Positions 1 through 8,873 of a stretch of 60,663 nt of DNA are shown piece after piece. The stretch lies in sequence record SRR20825006_1064, one strand, 5' to 3'. Under the pieces are notes generated by a model. That model had not been told where the DNA came from and searched no databases. It saw nothing but the letters and a program-made list of their open reading frames with translations. The translations under genes were made by a program, and so were the position numbers. Numbering within the stretch: position 1 is the first letter of the stretch; every line of letters begins with the position of its first letter.

Positions 1-120
1 CTTGCCGATCACAGCGTTGCGCGTCACACCTTCGCCCAGTTCCTTCGCGATCTGGCTTGCGCTCAAGCCGTCGTCCCAAAGTTTCTTGAGCTGATCGATG
101 CGCTCGTCCGTCCATGCCAT
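1..120 (-). CDS. gcrA: Cell-cycle regulator GcrA, N-terminal part (runs off window edge)
   Basis: Not in the ORF track. Reverse complement of 1-120 reads MAWTDERIDQLKKLWDDGLSASQIAKELGEGVTRNAVIGK, the typical GcrA N-terminus; AAGGA RBS upstream; lies near argD/argF as in many Alphaproteobacteria. Confidence 0.95.
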   Translation of the reverse strand, partial: MAWTDERIDQLKKLWDDGLSASQIAKELGEGVTRNAVIGK

Positions 121-315
121 GATGTTATCCTTGTCTTTATCTGGGGGCGGGTGATCACACGCGCCCGAGTCTCTCCCCGCTTATATCGCCCATGGCACCC
201 TCTTGCCAAGGGAACAATCGACCCCATATGGTGAAGCCGGGTACTGCCTACCCATCTTTTTCTGATATAAGCCTGACCGAGTGCACCAAATCTGACCCTT
301 GAGGAGCCCTTATTT

Positions 316-1152
316 ATGTCCGCGACTTTGCATAAAAGCGATGAGCCTGATTTTCCGGTCCTTGGTGCCCGGACCATTGGCGCTGTAAACTGGGTTGGCC
401 TGTGGACCCTGTATCTGCGTGAAACCCGCCGTTTCATGAAGGTATGGGCGCAAACCCTGGCGGCACCGGCAGTAACCACCATCTTGTTCATGATCATTTT
501 CACACTGGCGCTTGGTGGCAGTGGGCGGCTGGTGGCGGATATGCCCTACGCACAGTTCCTGGCGCCGGGCCTTATCGTGATGGCCATGCTGCAAAACGCT
601 TTTGCCAATACGTCAAGCTCGATCCTGATCTCCAAGGTACAGGGCAACATTGTGGATACGCTCATGCCGCCGCTTTCGGCGCTTGAGCTCACTATTGGTT
701 TTGCACTTGGCGGTGTAACGCGCGGCCTTCTGGTTGGCCTGTCGGTCGGGCTTGCATTCACGGCGATGCCGGGCGTGCCCATGGTGATTGAGCATATCTG
801 GCCGATCCTGTATTTCTCGGTTGCGGCTTGCACCATGCTGTCGCTTATCGGGGTGCTCACAGGTGTATGGGCGGAGAAATTTGACCACGCCGCCGCCATC
901 ACCAATTTTGTGATTGCGCCGCTCAGCCTGCTTTCAGGCACCTTTTATTCCATTGAGCGGCTGTCAACCAGTTGGCAGGTCTTCTCGCACGTGAACCCGT
1001 TTTTCTATATGATCGACGGCTTCCGTTATGGGTTCATTGGCCGGGCAGACAGCGACCTCTGGGCTGGCTTTGCCTATACGCTCGCGATCAACCTTGTGCT
1101 CACGCTGGTTGTTTACCGGGTGTTTAAAACCGGGTACCGCTTGAAAGCCTGA
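316..1152 (+). CDS. ABC-2 type transporter permease (YadH-like)
   Basis: 278 aa, about 6 TM segments; WTLYLRETRRFMKV, FLAPGLIVM, NPFFYMIDGFRYGF motifs; GAGGAG RBS. Confidence 0.9.
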   Translation: MSATLHKSDEPDFPVLGARTIGAVNWVGLWTLYLRETRRFMKVWAQTLAAPAVTTILFMIIFTLALGGSGRLVADMPYAQFLAPGLIVMAMLQNAFANTSSSILISKVQGNIVDTLMPPLSALELTIGFALGGVTRGLLVGLSVGLAFTAMPGVPMVIEHIWPILYFSVAACTMLSLIGVLTGVWAEKFDHAAAITNFVIAPLSLLSGTFYSIERLSTSWQVFSHVNPFFYMIDGFRYGFIGRADSDLWAGFAYTLAINLVLTLVVYRVFKTGYRLKA

Positions 1153-1169
1153 TGCCTGACGAGATGTGA

Positions 1170-1595
1170 ATGACCTATCCGCAGGAATATCAACGCGCGA
1201 CGGACGAATTTAAGGCTTTCCTTGGTGATGTGATGAGCCACGGAAGCCTGCCGACCCGCAATGTGGCCTACACTATGGCGCAGGCGGTTTTGCAGGCGTT
1301 CAGGCGACGGCTTACGCTTGAGGAAGCAATCCTGTTTGCCGGTATTTTGCCGGGTGCGGTGCGGGGCTTTTTTGTCGCTGACTGGAACCCGAATGAGCCG
1401 CGCATAGCTTTTGATGCTCAGGCCGACATGATGGCCGAGATCAAGTCTCTCCGGCCTGACCATAATCTGTCCCAGCTTTCTGAAAACCCGGTGGCGGATG
1501 TGGCGTTTGCACTGAAGGCATGCGTTGGTGAAGAAACGTTTGAGCGCACGCTCAAGGCAATCTCGGATGACGCTGTCACCTTCTGGCAGCGCTGA
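1170..1595 (+). CDS. DUF2267-family protein
   Basis: 141 aa; AYTMAQAVLQAFRRRLT...FAGILPGAVRGFF...W and terminal FW pattern recalled for DUF2267. Confidence 0.7.
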   Translation: MTYPQEYQRATDEFKAFLGDVMSHGSLPTRNVAYTMAQAVLQAFRRRLTLEEAILFAGILPGAVRGFFVADWNPNEPRIAFDAQADMMAEIKSLRPDHNLSQLSENPVADVAFALKACVGEETFERTLKAISDDAVTFWQR

Positions 1596-1612
1596 ACCTG
1601 TGGGTTTGCAGC

Positions 1613-2959
1613 CTATTCCTGAGCAGCATTTTCGCTCAGCAGGTCATCATGACGGTCCTGTTTTCGCGCGGCCTCCACACGTTCCTCTACCGGGTCTTCC
1701 TCAGTGGCATGAGTCAGCTGGCTGGTAGACAGTGGCTCACTTGCCTCCTGTGCGGGTGTTATTTGGCTGGGCTCGGCTGTGTCGGGGGGGACGAGGCCCG
1801 GGATGCCTGGCAGCGTACTCTCGAGCTTGAGGCGGTATATCGGCTCAGGTAGTTCAAGCCCGCCTGCTTCCATTGCGTTTTTTGTCACTCTGATCGCCTC
1901 ACCGCGGGCGGCAAAAAAGTTGGTTTTGCGCTGGTCTATCCAACCACCAAACCAGATCACGATACTCGAATCGCCCACTTCCTCCACGCGCACCATGGGG
2001 GGCGGGTCCTGTAGCACAAAACTGAGTGTTTCAAGCGCCTGATGCCCCAGCTGGATCGCTTTCTGGATGTCTGCGTCTGCGTTAATGCCAAGCGTGAAAT
2101 CGAACCGGCGTTCCGGTGCGCGGGTATAATTGACAATCACCCCTTTAAAGACCTTGGCATTAGGGATGCGTACATGGTTGCCTTCCTGGGTCATCAATAT
2201 GGTGGCACGGGAGGTGAGGCGCATCACCCTGCCTTCAAATTCATCAATCAGCACCAGATCATTTGGCCTGAACGGTTGCCTGAGCGACAGCATGATACTG
2301 GCGATATAATTTTCAATCGTGTCCTGCACCGCGAAGCCGATGGCCAGACCAACAATGCCCGCCGCCCCAAGTATGGTACCCAGAAGAGCGGTCGCGCCCA
2401 TGATGTCGAGCGAAACAACCACAGCTATAATGGTGAAAAGAATGCGTATGAATTGACGCAAAAGGTTTTCGATAAAGGCGTTGGGCGCCAGCCTGTTGAA
2501 AGGCCAGTCAAACCGCGTGATAAAAAATCCGAAAAGAAGAATAGCCAAGAAAATCGCGGTGCCGACGGCCATGAGTGGCACAAACGCAAGTGTTTCGGTG
2601 ACACGGTCATCCAGCCGTTCAAGAGCCGGTTTAAGGCGGCGGCTTACAGAGGTATCGAGGGCTATAAGGTTGCGTACAGCGACCACCCCTTCGACTTTTG
2701 TGGTGAGAGCCTCGGCTTCATGGGTCCATTCGGTTTCAAGAACGGTGCCGCGTAACGTCACCACGCCCGCATCAGCCTCAACCGTTACAGTATTAAACCG
2801 TTCATAGTTTTCAAAAACAGCTTCAATTCGGGCAGTAATTTCTGAGTCCGGTGTGGTTTCTGCGCTTGTCACTTGAGAGGCGATGGTCGGTACCGCACAG
2901 AGCATCAATCCAAGCAGAAAGAGCATGGGAAAGGATGGCCAGCGTATGGTCAATTTCAT
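1613..2959 (-). CDS. Small-conductance mechanosensitive channel with N-terminal BON domain
   Basis: Signal peptide, BON-like GVVTLRGTV...VEGVVAVRN, MscS core GLAIGFAVQDTIENYIASIMLSLRQPFRPND; AGGAG RBS before the ATG at 2959. Confidence 0.9.
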   Translation of the reverse strand: MKLTIRWPSFPMLFLLGLMLCAVPTIASQVTSAETTPDSEITARIEAVFENYERFNTVTVEADAGVVTLRGTVLETEWTHEAEALTTKVEGVVAVRNLIALDTSVSRRLKPALERLDDRVTETLAFVPLMAVGTAIFLAILLFGFFITRFDWPFNRLAPNAFIENLLRQFIRILFTIIAVVVSLDIMGATALLGTILGAAGIVGLAIGFAVQDTIENYIASIMLSLRQPFRPNDLVLIDEFEGRVMRLTSRATILMTQEGNHVRIPNAKVFKGVIVNYTRAPERRFDFTLGINADADIQKAIQLGHQALETLSFVLQDPPPMVRVEEVGDSSIVIWFGGWIDQRKTNFFAARGEAIRVTKNAMEAGGLELPEPIYRLKLESTLPGIPGLVPPDTAEPSQITPAQEASEPLSTSQLTHATEEDPVEERVEAARKQDRHDDLLSENAAQE

Positions 2960-3052
2960 CAATGGCTCCTTATTTCGATGTGCTTGCCTGACAAGCGTAC
3001 CGCAAACCGAGCTTATCCCGCAAATTGGGCGAAAAAGTGGGGTTGTGCCCCA

Positions 3053-3081
3053 TTGACTTAAGCCATCCGTAGCGGCATCCT
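3053..3081 (+). promoter_or_regulatory. Candidate sigma70 promoter of argD-argF-hslO
   Basis: TTGACT (3053-3058), 17-bp spacer, CATCCT (3076-3081). Confidence 0.4.
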
Positions 3082-3172
3082 CACGACCTGTTGAGCCGGG
3101 CGCGAAATGCGGTCCGGCTAATGCCTTTTTTAGAGCTTGAGAAAAGCCAGCAAGGTCCCCAAGGAGAGAGAA

Positions 3173-4363
3173 GTGATTACGCCCCTGATGCCAGTTTACG
3201 CCCGGATTCCTGTCGCTTTTGAGCGCGGCGAGGGCATGTACCTCTATGATACCAACGGCAAGAAGTATCTCGATTTCTATTCAGGCATCGGTGTGATGTG
3301 CCTGGGCCATAGTCACCCGACGCTTGTGAAGGCGCTGCAGGATCAGGCTGCCAAGCTGTGGCACACCGCCAACACCTATGAAATCCCGCACGGCGCACGT
3401 CTGGCCGAACGGTTGTGTGGTGCGTCCTTCGCAGACACGGTGTTTTTCACCAACTCAGGCGCAGAGGCGATCGAATGCGCGATCAAGATGGTGCGCAAAT
3501 ATCATTATGACAAAGGCAACAAGGGCAAATATCGCCTGATTACTATGGCAAATGCCTTCCATGGCCGCACGCTTGCGGGTATCGCGGCGGCGGGCCAGGA
3601 AAAGCTCACCAAAGGGTTCGAGCCAATTCCTGATGGTTTCGATGTCGTGCCGTTTGGCGACATTGAAGCGGTGAAAGCAGCCATTGGCCCCGAGACGGGT
3701 GGCATCATGATTGAGCCCGTACAGGGAGAAGGCGGCATTCGGCCGCTGTCTGACGCGCAAATGCAGGCGCTTCGTGATCTTTGTGACGAAAATGGCCTCC
3801 TGATGGTTCTGGACGAAATTCAGTGCGGCATGGGTCGCACGGGCAAGCTGTTCGCGCACGAATGGTCAGGCGTGAAACCTGATATCGTAACCGCAGCCAA
3901 AGGTATCGGCGGTGGCTTCCCGCTGGGTGCCTGCCTCGCGACAGAAGAAGCAGCAAGCGGCATGACCGTGGGCACGCACGGCAGCACCTATGGTGGTAAC
4001 CCGCTGGGTATGGCTGTTGGTAACGCGGTACTTGATGAGATGCTCAAGCCTGAGTTCCTGCCGCGCGTGGCAGAAATGGGGGACCTGTTGCAGGCGCGCC
4101 TTGGTGCCTTGCAGCAACGCCACGGTGATTTCATCAAGGAAGTGCGCGGCGTTGGCCTTATGGCAGGCATCCGCATGCCGGACGTGCCAACCCGTGGCGC
4201 AGTTGTTGACATGATTGAGCGCGGCATGTGCCCGGCTGTGGCCGGTGACATGGTGCTGCGCATGCTGCCGCCACTGATTATTAATGAGGACCATATCGAT
4301 GAAGCGATGGAGCTTCTCGATAGCGCCATGAATGACTGGCGCGACAAGGGTGTGCCAGCGTAG
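3173..4363 (+). CDS. argD: Acetylornithine aminotransferase
   Basis: Class III PLP motifs FTNSGAEA, FHGRT, EPVQGEGG, DEIQCGMGRTG, AKGIGGG, HGSTYGGN; GTG start at 3173 after AAGGAG; directly upstream of argF. Confidence 0.95.
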   Translation: MITPLMPVYARIPVAFERGEGMYLYDTNGKKYLDFYSGIGVMCLGHSHPTLVKALQDQAAKLWHTANTYEIPHGARLAERLCGASFADTVFFTNSGAEAIECAIKMVRKYHYDKGNKGKYRLITMANAFHGRTLAGIAAAGQEKLTKGFEPIPDGFDVVPFGDIEAVKAAIGPETGGIMIEPVQGEGGIRPLSDAQMQALRDLCDENGLLMVLDEIQCGMGRTGKLFAHEWSGVKPDIVTAAKGIGGGFPLGACLATEEAASGMTVGTHGSTYGGNPLGMAVGNAVLDEMLKPEFLPRVAEMGDLLQARLGALQQRHGDFIKEVRGVGLMAGIRMPDVPTRGAVVDMIERGMCPAVAGDMVLRMLPPLIINEDHIDEAMELLDSAMNDWRDKGVPA

Positions 4364-4376
4364 GCGCTGGCATGGG

Positions 4377-4410
4377 AAGGCCCGGCGAGTGTCGGGCCTT
4401 TGTTAATTTT
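4377..4410 (+). terminator. Intergenic hairpin (terminator or stabiliser) between argD and argF
   Basis: AAGGCCCGGC-GAGT-GTCGGGCCTT followed by TGTTAATTTT. Confidence 0.45.
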
Positions 4411-4433
4411 GAAGTTTACAGGGATCTGACACC

Positions 4434-5375
4434 ATGACACTCGCGAAAAACAACAACCACTTTCTCGATTTGAAGGATGTTCCGGCAGCAACGCTTCGGC
4501 ACATCCTTGAAGTAGCGAAAGAGTGGAAAGAAGCGCGACGTGGCATGCCAAAAGGCACGGTGGACGTTGGTGCGCCGCTCGCGGGTTATACACTGGCGAT
4601 GATTTTTGAAAAATCGTCCACCCGTACTCGCATCAGCTTTGAAACCGCCGCGCATCAGCTTGGGGCAAAACCGCTGTTTTTGCACAGCGGCTCCATGCAG
4701 CTTGGCCGTGGTGAGACCATTGCCGATACCGCGAAGGTGATGAGCCGTTATGTGGATATCATCATGATACGTGCCAACACGCACGAAGCGGTGGTTGAGC
4801 TGGCGGAGGAGGGAGACGTTCCTGTGATCAATGCGCTCACAGACCGTTCGCACCCATGCCAGCTGATGGCGGATATCATGACAATTGAGGAACACCGTGG
4901 CCCGATCAAAGGCAAGAAGGTTGCCTGGCTTGGCGACGGCAACAATGTTGCTACCTCGCTGATCGAGGCGGCAGTGAAGTTCGACTTTTCCCTTGTGCTT
5001 GGGTGCCCTGAAGCTTTTGCACCCTATGACGATGTGCTGTCGTGGGCTGAGGCAGAAGGCGGTGATGTGCGCGTGGTAACAGATGCCGAGGAAGCAGTGT
5101 GGGACGCAGACGCTGTGATCACCGACACTTGGGTTTCCATGGGTGATGACCGCACCGGCAGCCGCGTGCGGGCGCTTGAGCCCTTCCAGGTGAACCGCGA
5201 CCTGATGGCCAAAGCGGCAGATGACGCGCTTTTCCTTCACTGTTTGCCTGCTCACCGGGGCGAAGAGGTCACCAATGCGGTGATCGATGGCCCACAGTCT
5301 GTGGTGTGGGACGAGGCGGAAAACCGCCTTCACGCGCAAAAAGCTATCCTTGCGTGGTGCGCCGGAAAGCTTTAA
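4434..5375 (+). CDS. argF: Ornithine carbamoyltransferase
   Basis: FEKSSTRTR, HPCQ, WVSMG, FLHCLP and EAENRLH motifs. Confidence 0.97.
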   Translation: MTLAKNNNHFLDLKDVPAATLRHILEVAKEWKEARRGMPKGTVDVGAPLAGYTLAMIFEKSSTRTRISFETAAHQLGAKPLFLHSGSMQLGRGETIADTAKVMSRYVDIIMIRANTHEAVVELAEEGDVPVINALTDRSHPCQLMADIMTIEEHRGPIKGKKVAWLGDGNNVATSLIEAAVKFDFSLVLGCPEAFAPYDDVLSWAEAEGGDVRVVTDAEEAVWDADAVITDTWVSMGDDRTGSRVRALEPFQVNRDLMAKAADDALFLHCLPAHRGEEVTNAVIDGPQSVVWDEAENRLHAQKAILAWCAGKL

Positions 5376-5420
5376 AACCCGCCGCAACCTGCCATTTTGT
5401 GAGTGAGTGTAAGCATAGCC

Positions 5421-6392
5421 ATGGTTAAAGCACCAAAAATTGAAGCGATCCAGCGACCCATCGTGATCCCGGACCCGGAAGGCAGCCGTGATAATGAAGT
5501 GCGCCCTTTTGCCATTGAAGGCATGGACGTGCGCGGTCGTGCTGTACGCCTCGGCACGGTGGCGGACCAGATACTCTCTGCTCACAATTACCCTGATCCT
5601 GTGGCGCGTATACTGGGCGAGATGCTTATACTTGCGGGGCTTCTTGGCTCCATGCTCAAATTCAAGGGCATTGTGACACTGCAGGCGAAATCCGGCGGTG
5701 CCATACCGATGGTCGTGGTGGATTATGAAGTGCGCGACGATGGCATTGGGCGGTTGCGTGGTTATGCACAAATCGATGAGGCCAAACTGGCGACTTATGG
5801 CAAAAACCCAAGCTTCAACGGCCTTATTGGCACTAAAAACGGCTACCTCGCGCTGACGATTGATCAGGGCGAGGATATGGACCGCTACCAGGGCATTGTT
5901 GACCTCAAAGGCGAAAACCTCGCCGAAGTGGCACGCAACTATTTCATGAATAGCGAGCAAACCCCGACCGAGCTACGCCTCACCTGTGAGCGTGACGCAG
6001 TGACCGGCAACTGGCGCGCGGGCGGCATTATGGTGCAGCATCTGGCGCGCGGCGAGACGGGCCGGGAACGGATTTTGGACCGTGAAACCAAAGAGCAATG
6101 GGAACGTGCTTCCATCCTGATGAGCAGTGTGAAGCCGATCGAGCTTCTCGACCCTGCGCTTGATCTCGACCAGCTTTTGTACCGGCTATATCATGAAGAC
6201 GGCGTGCGCGTGTTTGAAGCCGCGCACCTGATGAAGGGCTGCCGCTGTGACCGTGAGCGCCTGCTGGCGGTGCTGGCGCAGTTCAGCGAGGACGATATCG
6301 ACCATATGCTGGAAGACGGCAAGATCGGCGTGAACTGTCAGTTCTGTAACAAGACCTTTGATTTCACGCCGGAAGAAGCCCGCAACCAATAG
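5421..6392 (+). CDS. hslO: Hsp33 redox-regulated chaperone
   Basis: YQGIV, YFMNSEQTPT and C-terminal CRC...CQFC zinc motif; ATG at 5421 preferred over GTG 5403. Confidence 0.95.
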   Translation: MVKAPKIEAIQRPIVIPDPEGSRDNEVRPFAIEGMDVRGRAVRLGTVADQILSAHNYPDPVARILGEMLILAGLLGSMLKFKGIVTLQAKSGGAIPMVVVDYEVRDDGIGRLRGYAQIDEAKLATYGKNPSFNGLIGTKNGYLALTIDQGEDMDRYQGIVDLKGENLAEVARNYFMNSEQTPTELRLTCERDAVTGNWRAGGIMVQHLARGETGRERILDRETKEQWERASILMSSVKPIELLDPALDLDQLLYRLYHEDGVRVFEAAHLMKGCRCDRERLLAVLAQFSEDDIDHMLEDGKIGVNCQFCNKTFDFTPEEARNQ

Positions 6393-6395
6393 GCT

Positions 6396-7160
6396 TTACT
6401 GGCTGGGCGCTGTGTTATCCTGTTCCAGCCAGGCTTTCATGTCCCTCACGCGGTCTGGCACGCCAGCCTGCACTATCGCTTCAAGCACATGACGGTTTCT
6501 ATAGCTCCCGAGCACCAGAATGCGCTTTTGCGGGTTGGCCCGCGCTGTCTCAAGCGCGATATCGGCCATGTAGCCGTCCCACTCGGCCTGGTTTTCTGAT
6601 TGGGTGTGGTCAAAAAAGCTGAACTGAACACGTTTGTAGCCTTCCACAAGGTCTGCGGTGGCCTGATCATGGCTTTGTGCCGGGCTTTCCCAATGCGAGA
6701 CCAGCGCCGTTTCAAATGCTTTGCGGTAACGCCTGAGGAATGCAGCCCCGGCGGGGTTCTCTTGATTCAGGGCCTTAAACGCGGCTGCGGCCCGCCCTGT
6801 CATGCGGTCAAAGTCTTCCCCGCCCGGCTCCATCGCCACAGCCGCCCGGCCACCGGCTCTGAGCATTGGCCAGATGACTTCGGGATACTCTGGCCTGCCG
6901 CGCGTGTCTTTAAATTCGGCAAGTTCATCAGGCCGCACCTCAAGCACCATGATATCCGGGTTGAGCCGCGTGATGATGGCCCGCAGATCGTCATAGGTAA
7001 AGCTGTCTTCGCTTTCGTGCAGGCCGTGCAGGGCACCAAGGATATAAATACCGTCGTTGCCGGTATCCGGCTCTGCCATAAGGGGGAGCGACGTCAATAT
7101 GCTCAGGGCTGCAAAGCCCGCGTTTAACCAGTTGGATTGTCTCTTCATAAGTCTTGCCAT
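6396..7160 (-). CDS. Secreted hypothetical protein, possible TraB/GumN/ChaN-like metallohydrolase fold
   Basis: Signal peptide; YILGALH...NPDIMVLE...RILVLGSYRNRH pattern resembles that superfamily (by eye only). Confidence 0.55.
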   Translation of the reverse strand: MARLMKRQSNWLNAGFAALSILTSLPLMAEPDTGNDGIYILGALHGLHESEDSFTYDDLRAIITRLNPDIMVLEVRPDELAEFKDTRGRPEYPEVIWPMLRAGGRAAVAMEPGGEDFDRMTGRAAAAFKALNQENPAGAAFLRRYRKAFETALVSHWESPAQSHDQATADLVEGYKRVQFSFFDHTQSENQAEWDGYMADIALETARANPQKRILVLGSYRNRHVLEAIVQAGVPDRVRDMKAWLEQDNTAPSQ

Positions 7161-7239
7161 TGTGGGTCCTCGCTGTAGTGCCCCGGGGGCTTGGTCGCGA
7201 GCAGCTAATGCGGTGAGTGCATGCGCCGCCAGTCAGAAA

Positions 7240-7271
7240 TGACGAGCGGGACCGGTGGCGTGACCAGCGGG
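7240..7271 (-). promoter_or_regulatory. LytTR-type direct-repeat operator for the 7160-6396 gene
   Basis: Minus strand CCCGCTGGTCA and CCCGCTCGTCA with an exact 21-bp period (plus 7240-7250 and 7261-7271); resembles the AlgR-type CCGTTCGTC box; adjacent to a LytTR gene. Confidence 0.7.
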
Positions 7272-7280
7272 CGGGGTTGC

Positions 7281-8150
7281 CTATCGGCTGTCCTTGCCAA
7301 GAAGAGACGTGAGCGCTTCCCTGTAGCGGCGGCTGAGGCGTAACTCGGTACCGCCCTTGAGCATGACACGGGCGTCGCCCCGCCCAAGGCTCTTCACTTC
7401 ACTGATCGCTGCGGTGCGCACAAGGTGGCCCCGGTGAATGCGCGCGAAGCTGCTCGCAGGCAGCTGTGCCTGAAGAGCGCTGAGGCTATCGTCCGCGAGG
7501 AAGGCGCCGTTTGTTGTGTGCACCTCGGCGTAATTGCCTGCGGCCGCGATCCAGTTGATATCAGAGTGCGCGAGAAGGCGCACACTACCCTTGGTACGAA
7601 GGCTCAGGGTTGTGGGCTCAGCTTGCCGATCTGGTTTGCTTAGCTCACGAACTTTTAGTGCGTGCATGCCCACCCCGATCAGCACCAGCACGGCATAGAA
7701 AATCAGGTTTGTATGCAGGTTCTGTACAATCATGCGTTCGCCCATTTCCAGCCGGGTGGCGATGCGCCCGCCGTCGTTATAAAACGGCCAGTAAACCAGC
7801 ACAAAAAGCATCACATGCAGCGGGTTGATAATGGCGAGACCAAGCGTATAAAGGCTGGCACGGCTTATGGGCTTCAGGCCCTGTTTCTCAATAAGGCCTA
7901 TAAGCCTGAGCAGCAACGGGCTGATCAGCGCCCAGATGGAGAATATTGCCAGTGAATAACCAAAAGACGGCCACCATGGTTGCCCGCCACCACGGTATCG
8001 ACTGAGGATATAACCCTCAGCCGCAAACAAAAGTGCGAGCAAAAACCAGATGACGGCAGACAGCCCATAGGCACGGGCAAACCCCGATGGGCTGGCCATC
8101 TTGAGCCCCGGTTGCAGGGTCATCAGTTTTTCGCTTATCGGCTTAATCAT
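7281..8150 (-). CDS. Membrane-anchored LytTR-domain transcriptional regulator
   Basis: About 4 N-terminal TM helices, no receiver domain; C-terminal INWIAAAGNYAEVH...FARIHRGHLV...LSRRY LytTR domain. Confidence 0.9.
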   Translation of the reverse strand: MIKPISEKLMTLQPGLKMASPSGFARAYGLSAVIWFLLALLFAAEGYILSRYRGGGQPWWPSFGYSLAIFSIWALISPLLLRLIGLIEKQGLKPISRASLYTLGLAIINPLHVMLFVLVYWPFYNDGGRIATRLEMGERMIVQNLHTNLIFYAVLVLIGVGMHALKVRELSKPDRQAEPTTLSLRTKGSVRLLAHSDINWIAAAGNYAEVHTTNGAFLADDSLSALQAQLPASSFARIHRGHLVRTAAISEVKSLGRGDARVMLKGGTELRLSRRYREALTSLLGKDSR

Positions 8151-8362
8151 GTAGGTAGCCTAACCATAGCTTGGTGTGAAGATAAAGCCTCTTCTCGTTC
8201 GGGCCATCGTGCGGGTTTTTGCCAAAAAGCACGCTGTTCGGTATCCTGTCGCATCGAAGCCACGGGCTGCCGCAACACCCCTCCAAAAAGAGATCATAAA
8301 ACGCAAGGGTCGGCGCACGCCCATTACATATTGAATGCCACCAAATGTTAACGGAGGAAAAT

Positions 8363-8809
8363 ATGTTCAACCTTCCCCTCAAACGACTATCAATCGCCCT
8401 GTTGATCTCTGCCACCATCGGCCTCAGCGCACCCATGGTGCAGGCTAACGAGGCAACATCTGAAGGCCCGGTGCACCAGTTGCGCATCTACCAGATTTTC
8501 GAGAATAACAAACAGGCGTTTCATGACCGTTTTCGCGACCATGCGGACAGGATCATGAAAGAATACGGCTTTAATATCGTAGCGATGTGGGAAGCCAAAA
8601 CGGCTGAGAAAACAGAGTTTGTCTATCTGCTCAAGTGGCCCAGTGAAGCGGCGATGAAAGAAGCCTGGGCCGGCTTTATGGCCAATCAGGAGTGGAAAGA
8701 TATCAAGAAGCGCACGGGCGCCGTACACGGCAAGTTTGTAGGCGGCATTGAAGATCGCACGTTGCGTATGACCGACTATTCCCCCGATGACCTGCGGCTT
8801 GACAACTAG
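8363..8809 (+). CDS. Secreted NIPSNAP-family protein
   Basis: GGAGG RBS before ATG 8363; signal peptide; VHQLRIY...FVYLLKW...WAGFMANQEW...TDYSP. Confidence 0.85.
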   Translation: MFNLPLKRLSIALLISATIGLSAPMVQANEATSEGPVHQLRIYQIFENNKQAFHDRFRDHADRIMKEYGFNIVAMWEAKTAEKTEFVYLLKWPSEAAMKEAWAGFMANQEWKDIKKRTGAVHGKFVGGIEDRTLRMTDYSPDDLRLDN

Positions 8810-8818
8810 CTAAAGCTT

Positions 8819-8850
8819 TAAAAAAAGGGCGCCCCGCAGGGCGCCCAAAA
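8819..8850 (-). terminator. Rho-independent terminator between convergent NIPSNAP and TonB receptor genes
   Basis: GGGCGCCC-CGCA-GGGCGCCC with an A-run on the left (U-run on the minus strand). Confidence 0.75.
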
Positions 8851-8873
8851 CTCGAAACACAGGAGTGGTCGGA

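Noticed and set aside
4416-5960. 514-aa minus-strand ORF
   Set aside because: Antisense shadow of argF/hslO; no recognisable motifs.
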